A DNA stretch of 64,000 nucleotides. Source: Desulfamplus sp. Its GTDB lineage: Bacteria; Desulfobacterota; Desulfobacteria; Desulfobacterales; Desulfobacteraceae. Position 1 is the first letter of the stretch, and each line of letters starts with the position of its first letter. Position numbers and translations under genes: made by a program. Below the pieces are notes generated by a model, which ran no database searches, was not told where the DNA came from, and was given only the letters and a program-made list of their open reading frames with translations. The stretch spans positions 4,383 through 68,382 of the forward strand of contig JADGBC010000001.1 in the NCBI GenBank assembly GCA_015231705.1, written 5' to 3'. Below are positions 62,091 through 64,000 of this stretch, piece by piece.

Positions 62091-62141
62091 AACATAAACA
62101 GCTTAACTGCGGCTATCACCTACTTGAAAATCTTTGAGCAC
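62091..62141 (+). repeat. Dispersed copy of repeat family 1
   Basis: aacataaacagcttaactgcggctatcacctacttgaaaatctttgagcac aligns to the units at 63067-63168. Confidence 0.65.
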
Positions 62142-62227
62142 TCAATTAATAAATTTAATTTATTAATTAAACTGAAATTGATAGTTAATCAATCATCTTC
62201 TTTAAGTCAAGTATGAAATGAAGATGC

Positions 62228-62254
62228 TAAAGTATCGTTTTACCAAGACGATTA
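62228..62254 (+). promoter_or_regulatory. Putative sigma28 (FliA) promoter
   Basis: TAAA-N15-GACGATTA versus consensus TAAA-N15-GCCGATAA. Confidence 0.5.
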
Positions 62255-62385
62255 AAGGATAATAGAAGCTATTTTATTTACCCATGAATTGCAATCAAAC
62301 AAAAAAACAGAGCGAAGTTGGTTATATCCACTGTTAAGACCAAAAGCATGACAAAAATCATAGTTAAATCATGAGGGAGGTAATT

Positions 62386-62976
62386 ATGGAGACGGGAAAC
62401 ATTCAGAAGGTGTCAGCAAACTTAAGTTATGAGATGAAAAAATTCTCAGGAACTGTAAAAAATACCTATGGCAACAGTGAAGGCAACAAAATGGAGAAAG
62501 ATGTGGCCTTCAATGTAATGATGAGCAGTTTCAAGGTCAAAGTATCCTCAAATACTTATGAAAATTTAAATGGCCAGGGCTCATTTTTTGAAAAATCAAA
62601 GGGCTCATCAGCATCCGGTTCATACTCTGCAATGCTTATTTCATCTAAATCATCCGAAGGCTCTGTAGCACACCCCTTTGCTCCCTCTTCTAGCGCATCT
62701 TCAGATAAACATGGCGACCTTTTTGGTGAAGATGGATATTGGGGTGTCAAAAAGACAGCCGGACGAATAAGCGATTTTGTTTTAAGTGGTGCAGGCGATG
62801 ACATCGAAAAACTCAAAGCCGGAAGGGAAGGAATTCAACGCGGATTGAAGGATGCAGAAAAGGTCTGGGGGGGTAAAATGCCCGATCTTGCCTATGAGAC
62901 TATTGATAAATCCATAGAAGCAATTGATGAGAAGATAAAAAAACTTGGTGGAAATATTGTGGATATTTCAGCCTGA
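62386..62976 (+). CDS. Hypothetical protein (DUF5610-like C-terminus)
   Basis: GGAGG RBS; C-terminal EDGYWGVKKTAGRISDF..REGIQRG..AEKVWGG motif; family name from recall. Confidence 0.7.
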   Translation: METGNIQKVSANLSYEMKKFSGTVKNTYGNSEGNKMEKDVAFNVMMSSFKVKVSSNTYENLNGQGSFFEKSKGSSASGSYSAMLISSKSSEGSVAHPFAPSSSASSDKHGDLFGEDGYWGVKKTAGRISDFVLSGAGDDIEKLKAGREGIQRGLKDAEKVWGGKMPDLAYETIDKSIEAIDEKIKKLGGNIVDISA

Positions 62977-63015
62977 CAGGAGGTTATGGCCTTTTGATGC
63001 TCACTTAAAATCATG

Positions 63016-63177
63016 AACATAAGCAGTTTTACTGCGATTGTTGTTAAATTGAGATTCCTGAACAACAAGATAAGCAGCTTCGCTGCAATCATTGTCAGAT
63101 TGAAATTACTGAGCACGAACATAAACAGCTTTGCTGCAATTATTGCAGGATTGAAATTACTGAATTAAGAACATAAG
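63016..63177 (+). repeat. Tandem array of three 51-bp units plus partial fourth (family 1)
   Basis: Units start at 63016, 63067, 63118 and 63170; core AAsATAArCAGyTTyrCTGCrATyrTTG..TTGArATTmCTGA. Confidence 0.85.
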
Positions 63178-63465
63178 AATCATTTGCCTTAAGCATCCAA
63201 TCGTATCACTTACTCGCCTTCAAAAAAAGGATTTTACAGAAAAAATGTATTTCCTGTTGTCTGGGAAAAGGGGCTGTGCTATTGAATCTAATACAATTTC
63301 AAAGATCGTTTCTGGGCAGCAAGAGTGGCTCAGGCAAGACTTGTTTTTTTTAGATTCTTATCCCTGATTTTCATGTTATTTTGGCAAGAGAATCAGAAAA
63401 ACCTTTTTGGCTCTGGCTTGTCCAGATTAGTTTACAGTAGCTTTTTCCCACTGGAATGAATAAAC

Positions 63466-64000
63466 ATGATTGATACTTTTTATAGAATCATCCTGACAAA
63501 ATGCAACGCAAATGAAAATCTTAAAGCATTGTCCCGTTTTCTGGTTAAGGAATTCAATCTCTCTGATAGAAAAGCTGACTTTATAGTCAATAACCCTCCG
63601 GCCATCTTGGGAGATATGAAGAACCTTGAAAATGTGGATCTTTCACTCCAGCATCTGCAGGGATTGAAGACAGAGTGTGCTGTAAAAACTGTTATCAAGG
63701 ATAAAAGACTTCCCTTCAGCATACAACAGAATCAGTTGAAATGGATATCCAAGGAGTTCAGCAAAACACTGAGAGCATGCGTTGAAACGACACTCTTCTA
63801 TGTTACCGTTGAACCTATTGATATTGATATGTTACTACCTTCACTGCTTGTTAAAAAAGAGGCTCTCGAAGAGACCTTCAGATACAGTGATTCGGTGTTT
63901 ATTATTGATGACAATACATTCATCCTTTTAGGATTTGCAAGTGACAGGGATGGATCTGATGTTATCTTTGACAAAATTATCAATTTTATGGTGACGCATA
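63466..64000 (+). CDS. Hypothetical protein, possibly with a degenerate GGDEF-like domain (3' truncated; not in ORF track)
   Basis: Frame open from ATG 63466 to the window end: MIDTFYRIILTK...FRYSDSVFIIDDNTFILL. Confidence 0.65.
   Translation, partial: MIDTFYRIILTKCNANENLKALSRFLVKEFNLSDRKADFIVNNPPAILGDMKNLENVDLSLQHLQGLKTECAVKTVIKDKRLPFSIQQNQLKWISKEFSKTLRACVETTLFYVTVEPIDIDMLLPSLLVKKEALEETFRYSDSVFIIDDNTFILLGFASDRDGSDVIFDKIINFMVTH

Noticed and set aside
62892-63122. Minus-strand ORF over the 51-bp array
   Set aside because: Overlaps the upstream gene antisense, has no RBS, and the same frame has stops in other copies
63016-63177. CRISPR array
   Set aside because: Units are contiguous and diverge throughout, with no unique spacers and no cas genes in the window

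Overview
AT-rich chromosomal window from a sulfate-reducing Desulfobacteraceae-like deltaproteobacterium. The taxon is inferred from a complete hmcABCDEF operon with a 16-heme cytochrome c. The window is mostly core genes: envelope (TolC end, porin, divergent FG-GAP pair, TamB/TamA, WecA-like transferase), an ECF Ni/Co transporter, a KamA radical SAM enzyme, the Hmc complex with a USP/RR/HK/Rrf2 tail, cysK, a sat-cysC fusion, fumC, amtB, a speA-CANSDH-nspC-speB polyamine operon and an MCP. There is one accessory two-gene locus of very large secreted repeat proteins (36.3-43.7 kb). I see no rRNA, tRNA, CRISPR array, integrase or intact transposase. The least explained signals are non-coding: (1) a ~51-bp repeat family present as dispersed copies and short tandem arrays (454, 7290-7395, 62091, 63016-63168); (2) a palindromic TTTCATG..GTGGCC..GGCCATG element family with about six copies; (3) widespread tandem micro-duplications that insert in-frame repeats into housekeeping proteins and duplicate gene ends. 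Also notable are a Sat-CysC fusion whose sulfurylase motifs are degenerate and candidate regulatory leaders (nik/cbi, amtB, hmc). All product calls come from motif recognition only; no database search was run.
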